Assembly (NCBI GenBank): GCA_038141865.1
Contig: JAYQIX010000001.1
Location: forward strand, 133,199-197,198
Direction of reading: 5' to 3'
Source: Gammaproteobacteria bacterium
GTDB lineage: Bacteria > Pseudomonadota > Gammaproteobacteria > Magnimaribacterales > D2472
Length of the DNA: 64,000 nucleotides
Made by a program: the position numbers and the translations under genes. This document shows, one piece after another, positions 1 to 10,001 of the stretch (position 1 is the stretch's first letter; every line of letters starts with the position of its first letter). The notes beneath the pieces are model-generated. The model saw only the letters and a list, made by a program, of their open reading frames with translations, did not search any database and was not told the origin of the DNA.

Positions 1-581
1 TTAAATAAGCCAGGTTTTTTGCTATGAATGAAATGATTGATGATATTTGATGCTGTATTTCTTGATAACTTATTCTGAAATTCTGGGGTCTTTTCTTTTG
101 GATCATACAGTCCAGCAAACCTTAATATGTTTGAATGTGCATCTATCTCACTCTCTATTCTGTGCTCATATTTTAAGATTATTTCTCCCCTAAAATTATC
201 GGGCTTAGGCTCAATTTCTTCTGTAAGAAGTCCATATTGCTGCTTACCATACACACTTGTTGATGAAATCCCCATAAAGGACTCAAAATTTACATTGCTC
301 AGAGAATTAGTAATATTCGTAAGGGAGGTTTGAAAACCATCTTTATAGCCTTCCTCAGTGTAAGCCGATGGTTTGGGGATGAAAATAATATTACTAAAAG
401 TAATTTCAGGCAAAATAAGCTTTTTGCCTGAAAGCCAATCCCATTCAATATGATTTAAATTATCAAGACTTTTTGAAGATCTGCTTACAGAGTAAAAATT
501 GTAATCATCTTTTTTTGAAAAGTTCTGAATCAGCCTGACAGCAATATCACCAAAGCCAATAATAAGAATATTTTTTTTCAT
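1..581 (-). CDS. NAD(P)-binding SDR/epimerase-like protein (YeeZ-like), partial; C-terminus lies beyond window start
   Basis: Not in the ORF track because it runs off the window edge. Reverse translation from ATG at 581-579 gives MKKNILIIGFGDIAVRL... (Rossmann GxGxxA), later ISSTSVYG and LRFAGLY as in NAD-dependent epimerase-like proteins. Confidence 0.5.
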   Translation of the reverse strand, partial: MKKNILIIGFGDIAVRLIQNFSKKDDYNFYSVSRSSKSLDNLNHIEWDWLSGKKLILPEITFSNIIFIPKPSAYTEEGYKDGFQTSLTNITNSLSNVNFESFMGISSTSVYGKQQYGLLTEEIEPKPDNFRGEIILKYEHRIESEIDAHSNILRFAGLYDPKEKTPEFQNKLSRNTASNIINHFIHSKKPGLF

Positions 582-630
582 TAATTCATACTAATCTAAT
601 AAGTTTTATATTATCAAGAACAATTGAGTT

Positions 631-667
631 AAAAAAAATGGCTTAGATCAAAAAGATCTAAGCCATT
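631..667 (-). terminator. Rho-independent terminator downstream of hppA
   Basis: Perfect 13-bp inverted repeat AATGGCTTAGATC / GATCTAAGCCATT (637-649 / 655-667) with a 5-nt loop. On the minus strand it is followed by a U-run (A8 at 631-638 on plus). It lies 21 nt after the hppA stop. Confidence 0.65.
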
Positions 668-687
668 ATTAAGAATACTTTTTTTAA

Positions 688-2691
688 TTAAAAGAAAAGG
701 CCATTTAATGGTAATAAACCTGAGATAACCAAGCTAACCATTGCCATTACATTAATTAAGATATTCATAGATGGCCCTGAAGTATCTTTAAAAGGGTCAC
801 CAACGGTGTCACCAACAACAGTTGCAGAATGAGTATCTGAACCCTTGCCGCCAAAATTTCCTTTTTCAACATATTTTTTTGCATTGTCCCATGCACCACC
901 TGCATTAGCCATAAATAAAGCCAAAGCAACACAACCAAGCAGGCCTCCAGCCAGCATTCCTCCAAGAGCTATAGCACCCAAACCAAAACCAACAATTGCT
1001 GGCATTGATACTGCTATTACACCAGGAAGCATCATTTTCTTTAGCGCTGCTTTAGTAGCAATCTCAACACATTTCTCTGAATCAGGATCAGCTTCGCCTT
1101 CCATAAGGCCTGTTATTTCTCTGAACTGTCTTCTAATCTCGTTAATCATTTCAAAAGCCGCATCACCTACTGCTGTCATAGTTATAGATGCAATTAAAAA
1201 TGGGATACATATACCAATAAACATTCCAACTAAGACTATAGGATTAGTTAATGCTAAAGAGAATGCATCTCCATATGTGGCAGAAACTTGAGCAGAATAC
1301 GCAGAAATAATTGCAAGCGCTGCAAGTGCTGCAGCTCCAATGGCAAATCCTTTACCAATAGCTGCTGTTGTATTACCCAGCTCATCTAAGGAGTCAGTAA
1401 TATCTCTAACTTCCTTACCCATTCCTGACATCTCAGCAATTCCACCAGCATTATCTGCTACAGGCCCATAGGCATCAATTGCCATAGTTATACCAACAGT
1501 TGCTAGCATTCCAACTGCAGCTATGCCCACACCATAAACACCATCAACTAAAGTTGTTGAAGTTAATATGATCGCAGCAAGAATAATTATTGGTATTACA
1601 ACAGATTGCATGCCAACTGACAATCCTGAGATCATTACTGTTGCAGAGCCAGTTTCACCAGATTTAGCAATTTTCTCAACAGGGGAACCTCCAGTGTAGT
1701 ATTCAGTAATAAGGCCAATTAAAACTCCTCCAAGTGCGCCACTAAGCACACACCACCATACGTTTGCTGATATGGAATCAAAAGAATTAACTAAATACCA
1801 AGCCATGATCATGAATATAGCAGGCGCTAATAATGTGCCTGATCTTAATGCGCTAGCCGGTGCTTTAGAAGATTGAAGTTTAACGATAATAATTCCGATA
1901 ATAGACGCTATAAGGCCCGCTGATGCTAATAATAATGGAAGCATCATTAGTTCAGTTGATCCCATAGTGTAGGCTATTGCAATAGAAGCAATCATTGATC
2001 CACAATATGATTCAAAGATATCAGAACCCATACCAGCAACATCACCAACATTATCACCAACGTTGTCAGCAATAACGCCTGGATTTCTTGGGTCATCTTC
2101 TGGTATGCCAGCCTCAACTTTTCCAACTAGATCAGCACCAACATCAGCACTTTTAGTAAAAATACCGCCGCCAACTCTTGAAAAGAGAGCAACAACTGAA
2201 GCACCCATTCCGAAGCCTTCTAATGCATGAACACCTGTTTCATATCCATTAAAAAAATAATATAAAGATCCTAGCCCTATTAAGCCCAATGAGGCTACAC
2301 ACAGACCCATAACAGAACCACCATAAAATGAAACTGAGAGAGCCGCTGCAGCACCATCTTTTTGTGCAGCCGTTGCAGTTCTTACATTAGCCTTTGTAGC
2401 AGCATACATACCAATGAAACCAGCAAGTGATGAACAAAGAGCTCCAACAACTACTGCTATTGCTGACTCGGTTGATAAAAATAAATATGCCAAGACCACT
2501 AAAACAGCAACAAATATAAGTAGATACTTATATTCTGTTTTCATGAATGCTAATGCACCATTATGAATTTGGTCTCCAATCTTTTTAACCTTGTCTTCAC
2601 CATCTGGGTATTTCATAACCAATTGATAAACAACAAAGGCCACAACCATTCCGATTACCCCCAAAATTGGAGCCATTAATAATGTATTCAT
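688..2691 (-). CDS. hppA: Membrane-bound proton/sodium-translocating pyrophosphatase (V-PPase)
   Basis: 667-aa polytopic ORF with V-PPase signatures [36 protein letters not shown] and [14 protein letters not shown]. Ala at the GNTTA/K position suggests the K+-stimulated subtype. Confidence 0.95.
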   Translation of the reverse strand: MNTLLMAPILGVIGMVVAFVVYQLVMKYPDGEDKVKKIGDQIHNGALAFMKTEYKYLLIFVAVLVVLAYLFLSTESAIAVVVGALCSSLAGFIGMYAATKANVRTATAAQKDGAAAALSVSFYGGSVMGLCVASLGLIGLGSLYYFFNGYETGVHALEGFGMGASVVALFSRVGGGIFTKSADVGADLVGKVEAGIPEDDPRNPGVIADNVGDNVGDVAGMGSDIFESYCGSMIASIAIAYTMGSTELMMLPLLLASAGLIASIIGIIIVKLQSSKAPASALRSGTLLAPAIFMIMAWYLVNSFDSISANVWWCVLSGALGGVLIGLITEYYTGGSPVEKIAKSGETGSATVMISGLSVGMQSVVIPIIILAAIILTSTTLVDGVYGVGIAAVGMLATVGITMAIDAYGPVADNAGGIAEMSGMGKEVRDITDSLDELGNTTAAIGKGFAIGAAALAALAIISAYSAQVSATYGDAFSLALTNPIVLVGMFIGICIPFLIASITMTAVGDAAFEMINEIRRQFREITGLMEGEADPDSEKCVEIATKAALKKMMLPGVIAVSMPAIVGFGLGAIALGGMLAGGLLGCVALALFMANAGGAWDNAKKYVEKGNFGGKGSDTHSATVVGDTVGDPFKDTSGPSMNILINVMAMVSLVISGLLPLNGLFF

Positions 2692-2765
2692 ACTTACCTC
2701 TTAAGCAAAAAAATTAATTGGTGCATTCTATCAAAAAAAACTTAGTATATAAGAAATTTTATGTG

Positions 2766-4019
2766 CTATTTATTAAAAATATTTTTATCTAGCATGCCTT
2801 CAGATTCTGCAACGATGCATGATACTGCAGCGTCTCCTGTGACATTAACTGAAGTCCTTAACATATCTAGGATTCTGTCAACAGCTAATATGATGCCTAT
2901 TGCTTCTAAAGGTAAGCCAAATTGCTGCAAGATCAGTACTAATGTAATTGTTCCAGCAGAAGGAACTGCCGCAGCTCCAATTGATGCAACAACAGCCAAG
3001 AGAACAACTTGAACATATTGTATTAATGTTAAATCAATTCCTGACATCTGAGCAATAAACACAGTTGCCATACCTTGCATAATTGCAGTTCCATCCATAT
3101 TAATTGTTGCGCCAACAGGCACAACAAAGGAAGCTACATTTTTATTAACGCCTAATTCATCTTGAACAGTTTTTAATGTAACTGGAATTGTTGCTGCGCT
3201 CGAAGAAGTTGAGAAAGCAAATATCGCAACATCTTTCATCTTAACGAAAAATCTTTTTATGCTTATTGTAGTAAATAGTTTAAGGATGACAGTATATGTA
3301 ACAAATGCATGAATTATTAATACTGCTATTAACAAGACAACATATTTAAAAGCCTCTTGAAAGACATCCAATCCATCTACTATTACAAATTTTCCTATTA
3401 AGCAAAATACACCAATAGGAGCAAATGAAATTACTGTTATTACGAGTTGCATAAAGACCGTATTAAGCTTTTCAAATGAATTACTTAAATTATCAGTTAG
3501 ATGATTTGTCTTACTAAGAGCCAAACCAAAAAGTATGCTAAAAAATACAACTGCAAGCATTTCATTATTAGCCATGGCTTCTAAAATGTTTGAAGGAAAA
3601 ATATTCACAATAGTTTCAAACACACCTTGGCTTTGAGGCAAGCTTTCCGGCGCCACATTGATGCCTGAGGAATAACCTGAGCCAGGCTTAAAAATAGTGC
3701 CTATGAACAATGATAAGCTGACAGCAATTGCTGTAGTTGCTAAATATAAAGCAATGGTTTTACTTGTGATCTTTCCTAGACTAGACAAGTTGTTTAATGA
3801 TGAAATGCCAGAAACTAAAGAAAAGAATATTAGAGGCACAATTAACATCTTTAAAAGATTGATAAAAATTGTACTTCCAAGAACAAAAATGTATTTTTCA
3901 ACGAAAAGAGTTATCTGATCACTAAAAAAATTTGTGTAGTAAAAAAAAGCCCCAACAACAAAACCAGCAAACATTCCCAGCAAAATATTGCGAGTTAAGT
4001 TATTAGGTGTATCGAGCAT
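2766..4019 (-). CDS. Dicarboxylate/amino acid:cation symporter (DAACS family, GltP/SstT-like)
   Basis: 417-aa polytopic ORF with family-typical C-terminal half (SSSAATIPVT, GATINMDGTAI, DRILDMLRTSVNVTGD). Confidence 0.85.
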   Translation of the reverse strand: MLDTPNNLTRNILLGMFAGFVVGAFFYYTNFFSDQITLFVEKYIFVLGSTIFINLLKMLIVPLIFFSLVSGISSLNNLSSLGKITSKTIALYLATTAIAVSLSLFIGTIFKPGSGYSSGINVAPESLPQSQGVFETIVNIFPSNILEAMANNEMLAVVFFSILFGLALSKTNHLTDNLSNSFEKLNTVFMQLVITVISFAPIGVFCLIGKFVIVDGLDVFQEAFKYVVLLIAVLIIHAFVTYTVILKLFTTISIKRFFVKMKDVAIFAFSTSSSAATIPVTLKTVQDELGVNKNVASFVVPVGATINMDGTAIMQGMATVFIAQMSGIDLTLIQYVQVVLLAVVASIGAAAVPSAGTITLVLILQQFGLPLEAIGIILAVDRILDMLRTSVNVTGDAAVSCIVAESEGMLDKNIFNK

Positions 4020-4189
4020 TAGATCTCTATCATATCAAAATCTTCTTTGCCAACGCCACACTCTGGACATAGCCAGTCTTCTGGAACATCTTCCCATCTT
4101 GTACCAGGCTCTATCCCATCTTCAGGCCAGCCCTCGGCCTCATCATAGATTAGCCCGCAAACAATGCATTCCCATTTTTTAAATTCCAT
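4019..4189 (-). CDS. rubA: Rubredoxin (56 aa)
   Basis: Below the ORF-track size cutoff. Hand translation: [56 protein letters not shown], with both CxxCG / CPxCG iron-binding knuckles. Its TAA stop overlaps the ATG of the downstream symporter by 1 nt (TAATG). Confidence 0.85.
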   Translation of the reverse strand: MEFKKWECIVCGLIYDEAEGWPEDGIEPGTRWEDVPEDWLCPECGVGKEDFDMIEI

Positions 4190-4257
4190 AATTAATATCT
4201 ATTCCAAATGATGGTAAAAAGTTCGGAGTATAATATCATATTTACTTTAATTACTTA

Positions 4258-4743
4258 ATGGAACTTAAACAAATTTCTCCTTGGACAAGTATAGAATCTA
4301 TTGAATCCAAGGTTGATGCATCTATACTTTCATGGCTTTCAGAGCCTGGCCCTATAACAAATAGGATCAAATTGAGTCAGAAATTTGAGCTTGAATTACT
4401 AAATGATGAGATCGATGAGATTTCAAAAGAAGAGAAGCTATTCCTTAACTCTGTTTCTGAAACCTTCAGGGTTAGAAGGGTCATTCTATTAGGCAATAAT
4501 ACTCCAGTTGTTTATGCCAAATCAGTAATACCATTATCAACCATAGAAAATGGTCTATCTTCTCTTGGGAAAATAGGGAATGCTCCACTCGGTGATATTC
4601 TTTTTACGCCTGGTGTTTTTACAAAACTAGAAATGGTATGTGCATCATTTTTAAGTAAAGAAAAGAATGTTTATTGGGGCAGAAAAATAAAATATTCTGT
4701 TAACTCTGAACCAATTTCAGTGATGGAAGTTTTTCTAATATGA
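4258..4743 (+). CDS. ubiC: Chorismate pyruvate-lyase
   Basis: 161-aa ORF with a 4-nt overlap onto ubiA. UbiC/DUF98-like motifs (VRRVILLGNNTPVVYAKSVIP, APLGDILF) and classic ubiC-ubiA order. Confidence 0.7.
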   Translation: MELKQISPWTSIESIESKVDASILSWLSEPGPITNRIKLSQKFELELLNDEIDEISKEEKLFLNSVSETFRVRRVILLGNNTPVVYAKSVIPLSTIENGLSSLGKIGNAPLGDILFTPGVFTKLEMVCASFLSKEKNVYWGRKIKYSVNSEPISVMEVFLI

Positions 4744-5591
4744 GCTCACATATGAGTTACATAAAATTGGCTAGACTCGACAAACCAATTGGAATATACC
4801 TTTTGTTATGGCCGTCTTTACTTGGGCTCATGCTTGGGGCTGTTAATGAGGGTTATGTTGATTTTGAAAATTACCTTATCGTATTAGCTGGAGCAATCCT
4901 AGTAAGGTCTTGTGGCTGTGTCATCAATGATATTAGTGATTACAAGTTTGATAAGTTAGTTAAAAGAACAAAAGATAGGCCAATTGCATCTGGCGAAATT
5001 GGCCTTAAAGAAGCATGGATATTTTTTATAATTTTAGCCATTGCTTCACTGAGCTTACTATTTTTAACTCCTCCAATTACTATTAAGCTGGCATTATTTT
5101 TTTCACTTTTAATTTTATTTTATCCTTTAGCCAAGCGTTTTATCAGAGCTCCTCAAATCATTTTAGGCATAACATTTGGATCTGGGTCAATAATATCTTA
5201 CTCCCTTCAATCAGATAGCTTTTCCATATCATTGGTTGTTTTATACATCGGTCTAATTGCATGGATTGTTAGTTTTGATACCATTTATGCATTAGAAGAT
5301 ATTAATGATGATATCAAGATAGGTATAAATTCAACTCCAATTTTATGGGGTAAAAAAACAATTTTTATATCTAAAATATTGCACTGCATATTTTATTCAG
5401 CGATAGGTCTCATTGCTTACATAAATAGTTTTTCAAATTTTTTTATAGTAATTATTTGTTTATTATTCGTCTTGTTTTACCATCAAAACAATCTTGTTAA
5501 AGAGGCAAGATATCTAGAATCTTTCAAGTTTAATAACAATGTGGGCATATTATTGATAATTGGTTTTGCTATAGAAATATTTTTAATCTAA
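4740..5591 (+). CDS. ubiA: 4-hydroxybenzoate polyprenyltransferase
   Basis: 283-aa polytopic ORF with the UbiA prenyltransferase Asp-rich motif NDISDYKFDKLVKRTKDRPIASG and a second motif YALEDINDD. Confidence 0.9.
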   Translation: MSSHMSYIKLARLDKPIGIYLLLWPSLLGLMLGAVNEGYVDFENYLIVLAGAILVRSCGCVINDISDYKFDKLVKRTKDRPIASGEIGLKEAWIFFIILAIASLSLLFLTPPITIKLALFFSLLILFYPLAKRFIRAPQIILGITFGSGSIISYSLQSDSFSISLVVLYIGLIAWIVSFDTIYALEDINDDIKIGINSTPILWGKKTIFISKILHCIFYSAIGLIAYINSFSNFFIVIICLLFVLFYHQNNLVKEARYLESFKFNNNVGILLIIGFAIEIFLI

Positions 5592-6734
5592 ATGCCTGTA
5601 AAAAAAAAATTTATAAGAAGTATTTTAGAAATATCAAATCGCGAGTTTGAAGGCATTTCAAATGACCATGATTCTCCATTTATGTCATATGAATTCTTAA
5701 AATCTTTAGAGGTAAGTGGTTCTGTCAGCTATTCATCTGGGTGGCAGCCTCATCATGCAGTCTCCTATGAAAATGAAGTTCTCAATGGCTTTATACCCTT
5801 GTATCTAAAAAATAATAGTCAAGGTGAATTTGTATTTGACCATCAGTGGGCGCATGCTTTGGAGCAAGCGAATAGGTCATATTATCCTAAATTTCTAACT
5901 GCTATGCCCTATACTCCATGTGAAACCTCAAAGCTTTTTACAAGAAGCCAATCAGATGCGCTTAATATCCTTGAAACTGTTAAGCAGAAAATGATAGATG
6001 ATAACATCGAGTCATGGCATGTTTTGTTTCCTGGCGCTAATGATAGTCGCCTTCTTCTAAATGAAGGTTTTATTGAAAGATACGGATATAGGTTTGTTTG
6101 GAATAATAGAGATTTTGAAAATTTTGACGATTTTTTGAAAATTTTTACCTCAAGACAAAGAAAAAACATTAAAAAGGAGCGAGAGGTAATAAAGCAATTT
6201 GGTATAACATTTTCAACCAAGGAAGGTGAGAATCTTGTACTGGAGGATTGGAATATTTTTTTTAAATTTTATGTCAACACTTATTACCAGCGAATGCAAA
6301 AGCCATATCTTAATAAAGAGTTCTTTGAATTAATCCATTGTTATAAAAATAAACTAAAGCCGATCTTATTCTTTGCATCAATTGATGATGAGGTAATTGC
6401 TGCCTCTCTTTGCTTTAGAGATGAGCAATCACTTTATGGGAGACATTGGGGAGCCACTAGAGATGTATCAGGACTCCATTTTGAATGTTGTTACTATCAA
6501 GGGATTGAGTATTGCATTAAAAATAGGCTGGCTTTCTTTGATCCAGGCATCCAAGGAGAATATAAGATAAGAAGAGGATTTGAGCCAAAGCTTAGCAATT
6601 CCTATCATTACATTCTTCATACTGACTTTAGAAATGCTATTGAAAGATTTTGTGCTGATGAAAAGAAACAAATTATGAATTATTTGAATGCGTGCAATGA
6701 ATATACACCCATAAAAAAAGAATATAGAATTTAA
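5592..6734 (+). CDS. FemAB-like/GNAT-fold protein of the COG3146 (DUF482) family
   Basis: 380-aa ORF. The N-terminal SPFMSYEFLKSLE..SG..GW.P.H and C-terminal FDPG.QGEYK..RGF pattern matches my memory of this family; function unknown. Confidence 0.55.
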   Translation: MPVKKKFIRSILEISNREFEGISNDHDSPFMSYEFLKSLEVSGSVSYSSGWQPHHAVSYENEVLNGFIPLYLKNNSQGEFVFDHQWAHALEQANRSYYPKFLTAMPYTPCETSKLFTRSQSDALNILETVKQKMIDDNIESWHVLFPGANDSRLLLNEGFIERYGYRFVWNNRDFENFDDFLKIFTSRQRKNIKKEREVIKQFGITFSTKEGENLVLEDWNIFFKFYVNTYYQRMQKPYLNKEFFELIHCYKNKLKPILFFASIDDEVIAASLCFRDEQSLYGRHWGATRDVSGLHFECCYYQGIEYCIKNRLAFFDPGIQGEYKIRRGFEPKLSNSYHYILHTDFRNAIERFCADEKKQIMNYLNACNEYTPIKKEYRI

Positions 6735-6736
6735 TT

Positions 6737-7186
6737 ATGTTAAAAAACCTCCCTAAAACTGCTCATCATCAAGTAATTTGTGAAGCAAATTTTTTACGGC
6801 TGAAAAAGCTCATGGGATCTTATGCTGAAAAAGAGTACTGTTTTGAAGTGCTGGATGCTGAAAATATCCCTCAAAAAATTTCATTCTTAATTCTTGATAG
6901 AACTATGCATACTATTGTTCTAGAGGCAAAACAAAATCATAAAAATAAAAATAAGTACAATAACTTCTCATTAAGAATTTTAGTCAGCTTAGATGCCAAG
7001 CTTGCTGAAACAATCTCATATCAAGGAGAGAGGGCAATTCCATCTTTTTTAAAACAAACTAATATCCAGTCTAAAGATGAGAAATATCAACAAAATAGGT
7101 TTTTAACTGAGTGGCTTGAAAGTATATTTTCATTGGGGATCTTACCAAAAAAAAATATAAAAAATATTTTAGATAAAAATGCCTAA
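6737..7186 (+). CDS. DUF1249 (YqiB-like) protein
   Basis: 149-aa ORF immediately upstream of, and overlapping, a yqiA homologue, mirroring the E. coli yqiB-(cpdA)-yqiA arrangement. The family call rests mainly on context. Confidence 0.45.
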   Translation: MLKNLPKTAHHQVICEANFLRLKKLMGSYAEKEYCFEVLDAENIPQKISFLILDRTMHTIVLEAKQNHKNKNKYNNFSLRILVSLDAKLAETISYQGERAIPSFLKQTNIQSKDEKYQQNRFLTEWLESIFSLGILPKKNIKNILDKNA

Positions 7187-7751
7187 AACCATAATATATC
7201 TTCATGGTTTTAAATCATCTTCTGATTCATCTAAAGCAAAAGTATTTGATAGTCTCATAAAAAAACATGCTAGAAAAACGCAAGTTATTATTCCTGATAT
7301 AAAAGATGATATAAGAGATAGCTATGAACAAATTGAAGAGATTATAAGATCAGCTTCAGGTGAAATTAGTTTTGTTGGAAGCTCTTTAGGCGGTTACTAC
7401 TCACTTTATTTTGCTCAAAAATATAATACAAAAGCTGTGTTGATTAATCCTGCCATCCCTCCTCTAGATGGATTTGATATTCATTTGGGAGAAAATGAAA
7501 ATTATGATACTGGTAATAAATTTTTAATAACTGAGGAAGATATAAAATACTTAAGAGCGCTAAGCTATAAAAAAATTAAAAAACCTCAAGATATTCTTGT
7601 TTTATTAGAATCTGGAGATGAGATATTAAATTACCTTAAAACTATTTCATTCTTTTCAGGATGTTATGTAGATATCACATATGGAGGCAACCACTCTTTC
7701 GCTAGTTTTGATAGCAAGTTTGCAAATATAAAATCCTTCTTAAATTTATAA
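7179..7751 (+). CDS. yqiA: YqiA-type esterase (UPF0227 alpha/beta hydrolase)
   Basis: 190-aa ORF. N-terminus IIYLHGFKSSSDSSKA and nucleophile elbow GSSLGG are typical of YqiA. Confidence 0.75.
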   Translation: MPKTIIYLHGFKSSSDSSKAKVFDSLIKKHARKTQVIIPDIKDDIRDSYEQIEEIIRSASGEISFVGSSLGGYYSLYFAQKYNTKAVLINPAIPPLDGFDIHLGENENYDTGNKFLITEEDIKYLRALSYKKIKKPQDILVLLESGDEILNYLKTISFFSGCYVDITYGGNHSFASFDSKFANIKSFLNL

Positions 7752-7784
7752 TATCGCACTTATTTTAGGCATTTATTTAACATA

Positions 7785-7823
7785 TGCACTGAAAAAATGC
7801 ATAATAGGCACAATATATGTGCA
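7785..7823 (+). promoter_or_regulatory. Two putative NtrC (enhancer) binding sites
   Basis: TGCACTGAAAAAATGCA (7785-7801) and GGCACAATATATGTGCA (7807-7823) resemble the 17-bp TGCACC-N5-GGTGCA NtrC consensus. Their centres are 22 bp apart, just upstream of the sigma-54 element. Confidence 0.5.
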
Positions 7824-7840
7824 TTAATCTATATATACAA

Positions 7841-7857
7841 AGGCATGAATATTGCAT
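7841..7857 (+). promoter_or_regulatory. Sigma-54 (-24/-12) promoter for glnII
   Basis: AGGCATGAATATTGCAT has GG at 7842-7843 and GC at 7854-7855 with canonical spacing (TGGCAC-N5-TTGCW). It is about 40 nt upstream of the glnII ATG, and ntrBC lie downstream. Confidence 0.65.
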
Positions 7858-7897
7858 ATATATAGTTGCTAATATTATTTAATTTAAAGGAGCAACA

Positions 7898-8878
7898 ATG
7901 ACAAACTACAAAACATATGAATATATTTGGCTTGATGGATACAAGCCAGAATCATCGATGAGAAGTAAGGTTAAGGCTACAGACGCCGAAACACCTCCAG
8001 ACTGGTCTTTTGATGGTTCATCAACACAACAAGCAGAGGGAGGAAGCTCAGATTGTTTACTGCTTCCAGTTCAAACCTATTCAAATCCTAATGGACATGA
8101 TTTGGTGATGACACAAGTTCAATCTGCAGATCATACAACTCACCCATCTAATTTTAGAGCTGCTGCTGAAGCTGTAGTCACTGATGAATGGTGGTTTGGT
8201 TTTGAACAAGAGTACTTCTTAACAGATCCTGAAACTGGTGAGCCTTTAGGCTGGGAAAATGGCGAACCAAGAGCGCAAGGTGACTTCTATTGTGGAGTTG
8301 GTGCTGGAAACGTAGTGGGCAGAGAAATTTCTGATGCTCATTTACAAGCATGTCTTGATCTTGGAATTACATTAACTGGAACAAATGCTGAAGTAGCTCT
8401 TGGACAATGGGAATACCAATGTCTTGGAAAAGGCATTAAAGCTGCTGATGACTTATGGGTAAGTAGATATCTGCTTTACAAAATAGCTGAAGAGTTTGGA
8501 GTGGGTGTTAATATTCATCCTAAACCAAAAACTGGTGACTGGAATGGCTCTGGAATGCACACTAACTTTTCAAACGAAGAAATGCGTTCAAACGGAACCG
8601 AAGAACTTTTCACATCTATGTGCGATAAGCTCGGTGAAGTTCATGAAGAAGGTATAGCATCTTATGGATCTGATAATGATATGAGACTGACAGGTCTTCA
8701 TGAAACTCAAAGCATTGACACATTCTCTTATGGTGTTAGTGATAGAGGAGCTAGTATTCGTATACCTGTCTATACTGTAGAACATAATTGGAATGGCTAT
8801 CTTGAAGATAGAAGACCTGCTTCAAACGCAGATCCATACAAGATTTTGTCACACATTGTAGGAACTTTAACTAAATAA
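7898..8878 (+). CDS. glnII: Glutamine synthetase type II (eukaryote-like GSII)
   Basis: 326-aa ORF preceded by AAGGAG. It is collinear with rhizobial GlnII as I recall it: YEYIWLDG, DGSSTQQAEG.SSDC, WFGFEQEYF, NAEVALGQWEYQ, DWNGSGMHTNFS, RLTG.HET, DRGASIRIP, GYLEDRRPASN.DPY. Confidence 0.9.
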   Translation: MTNYKTYEYIWLDGYKPESSMRSKVKATDAETPPDWSFDGSSTQQAEGGSSDCLLLPVQTYSNPNGHDLVMTQVQSADHTTHPSNFRAAAEAVVTDEWWFGFEQEYFLTDPETGEPLGWENGEPRAQGDFYCGVGAGNVVGREISDAHLQACLDLGITLTGTNAEVALGQWEYQCLGKGIKAADDLWVSRYLLYKIAEEFGVGVNIHPKPKTGDWNGSGMHTNFSNEEMRSNGTEELFTSMCDKLGEVHEEGIASYGSDNDMRLTGLHETQSIDTFSYGVSDRGASIRIPVYTVEHNWNGYLEDRRPASNADPYKILSHIVGTLTK

Positions 8879-8888
8879 ATAGCATTAT

Positions 8889-8915
8889 GGCCCCTCTAAG
8901 AGGGGCCGTTTTTTT
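8889..8915 (+). terminator. Rho-independent terminator/attenuator between glnII and ntrB
   Basis: GGCCCCTC-TAA-GAGGGGCC (8-bp GC-rich stem) followed by GTTTTTTT, 11 nt after the glnII stop. Confidence 0.8.
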
Positions 8916-8921
8916 AAATGA

Positions 8922-10001
8922 ATGATTAAACCGGAAGAATTAAACACATCAATATTAAATCAACTATCTTCCGAGATAATTATTCTAGATCAAAGCCTCA
9001 AAAGTATTTGGGTGAATGAGTCAGCTCTAAATAATGGCTGGTCAATTCAACAAAATAGAGATTTGATAACCGATCAATACCCACTTGAAAAAAATAAAGC
9101 ATTAATAGACATGCTTAATTCAACAGTTTCAAAAACAGGTTCATTCACTAAAAGAGATCTTGAGTTAGTCTCAAAAGATGGTGAAAAAAGAATTGTAGAT
9201 TTGACGGCTTCTTTTAGCGAAAAATATGATTCATTAATTTTAGAAATAAAATGCGTTGATAGTTTAAATAAAATAATTGATTCAACCAAAATATTCTCAA
9301 CTCAAAAAATTGCCGCTAATCTTGCAAGAACATTAGCCCACGAGGTTAAAAACCCATTATCTGGAATTAAAGGCAGTGCTCAAATTTTATCTTCAAAACT
9401 TGAAGATGATTATTCAAAAAAGTTTCTTAAAATCATCATTGATGAGACGGAGCGCCTAAATGGAATAGTCACAAGAATTCTTACACCTCCTCAAAAACCA
9501 AACCAAGAAAAATTTAATATTCACTCTGCGCTAGAAAAAGTTTATGCGCTTGCTGAAGCTGAATTGACTGAAAACCTAAAATTAAGAAGAGATTATGACC
9601 CAAGCATTCCTGAGCTAGATGGAGATGAAGATTTGTTTATACAAGCTGTACTAAATATTGTAAAAAATGCTCAGCAGGCCATGATTAATATCAATGGCGC
9701 AGAAATAACAATTAGGTCAAGAATTCAATATAGCAAACCGGTGAATGGAGTAATGCATCTAACAGTTTGTTGTATAGATATAATAGACAATGGCCCGGGT
9801 ATACCAGAAGAAATGCAAGAGCATGTATTTTTTCCGATGATATCTTCTAAAGAAGATGGCTCTGGGTTAGGACTATCGATTGCCCAAGATATAATAAGAG
9901 TTCACGGAGGAGCTATCTCATTTTCTTCAAGACCTGGGGAGACTGTATTCTCAATATTGATTCCTCTCGGAATTAAAAACATAAGGACTGAAAGTGCATA
10001 A
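8922..10001 (+). CDS. glnL: Nitrogen regulation sensor histidine kinase NtrB
   Basis: 359-aa ORF with PAS-like N-terminus, H-box HEVKNPLSGIKGSAQIL, N/G boxes (NAQQA, DNGPGIP, GSGLGLSIA), and overlap with ntrC. Confidence 0.9.
   Translation: MIKPEELNTSILNQLSSEIIILDQSLKSIWVNESALNNGWSIQQNRDLITDQYPLEKNKALIDMLNSTVSKTGSFTKRDLELVSKDGEKRIVDLTASFSEKYDSLILEIKCVDSLNKIIDSTKIFSTQKIAANLARTLAHEVKNPLSGIKGSAQILSSKLEDDYSKKFLKIIIDETERLNGIVTRILTPPQKPNQEKFNIHSALEKVYALAEAELTENLKLRRDYDPSIPELDGDEDLFIQAVLNIVKNAQQAMININGAEITIRSRIQYSKPVNGVMHLTVCCIDIIDNGPGIPEEMQEHVFFPMISSKEDGSGLGLSIAQDIIRVHGGAISFSSRPGETVFSILIPLGIKNIRTESA

Noticed and set aside
765-1291. ORFs of 66 and 148 aa overlapping hppA in other frames (the 148-aa one antisense), with similar out-of-frame or antisense ORFs inside argS-adjacent, tonB-module, uvrD and M2 peptidase genes
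   Set aside because: They lie entirely inside strongly supported genes, have low-complexity or odd composition, and have no start context. They are typical frame shadows in long ORFs.
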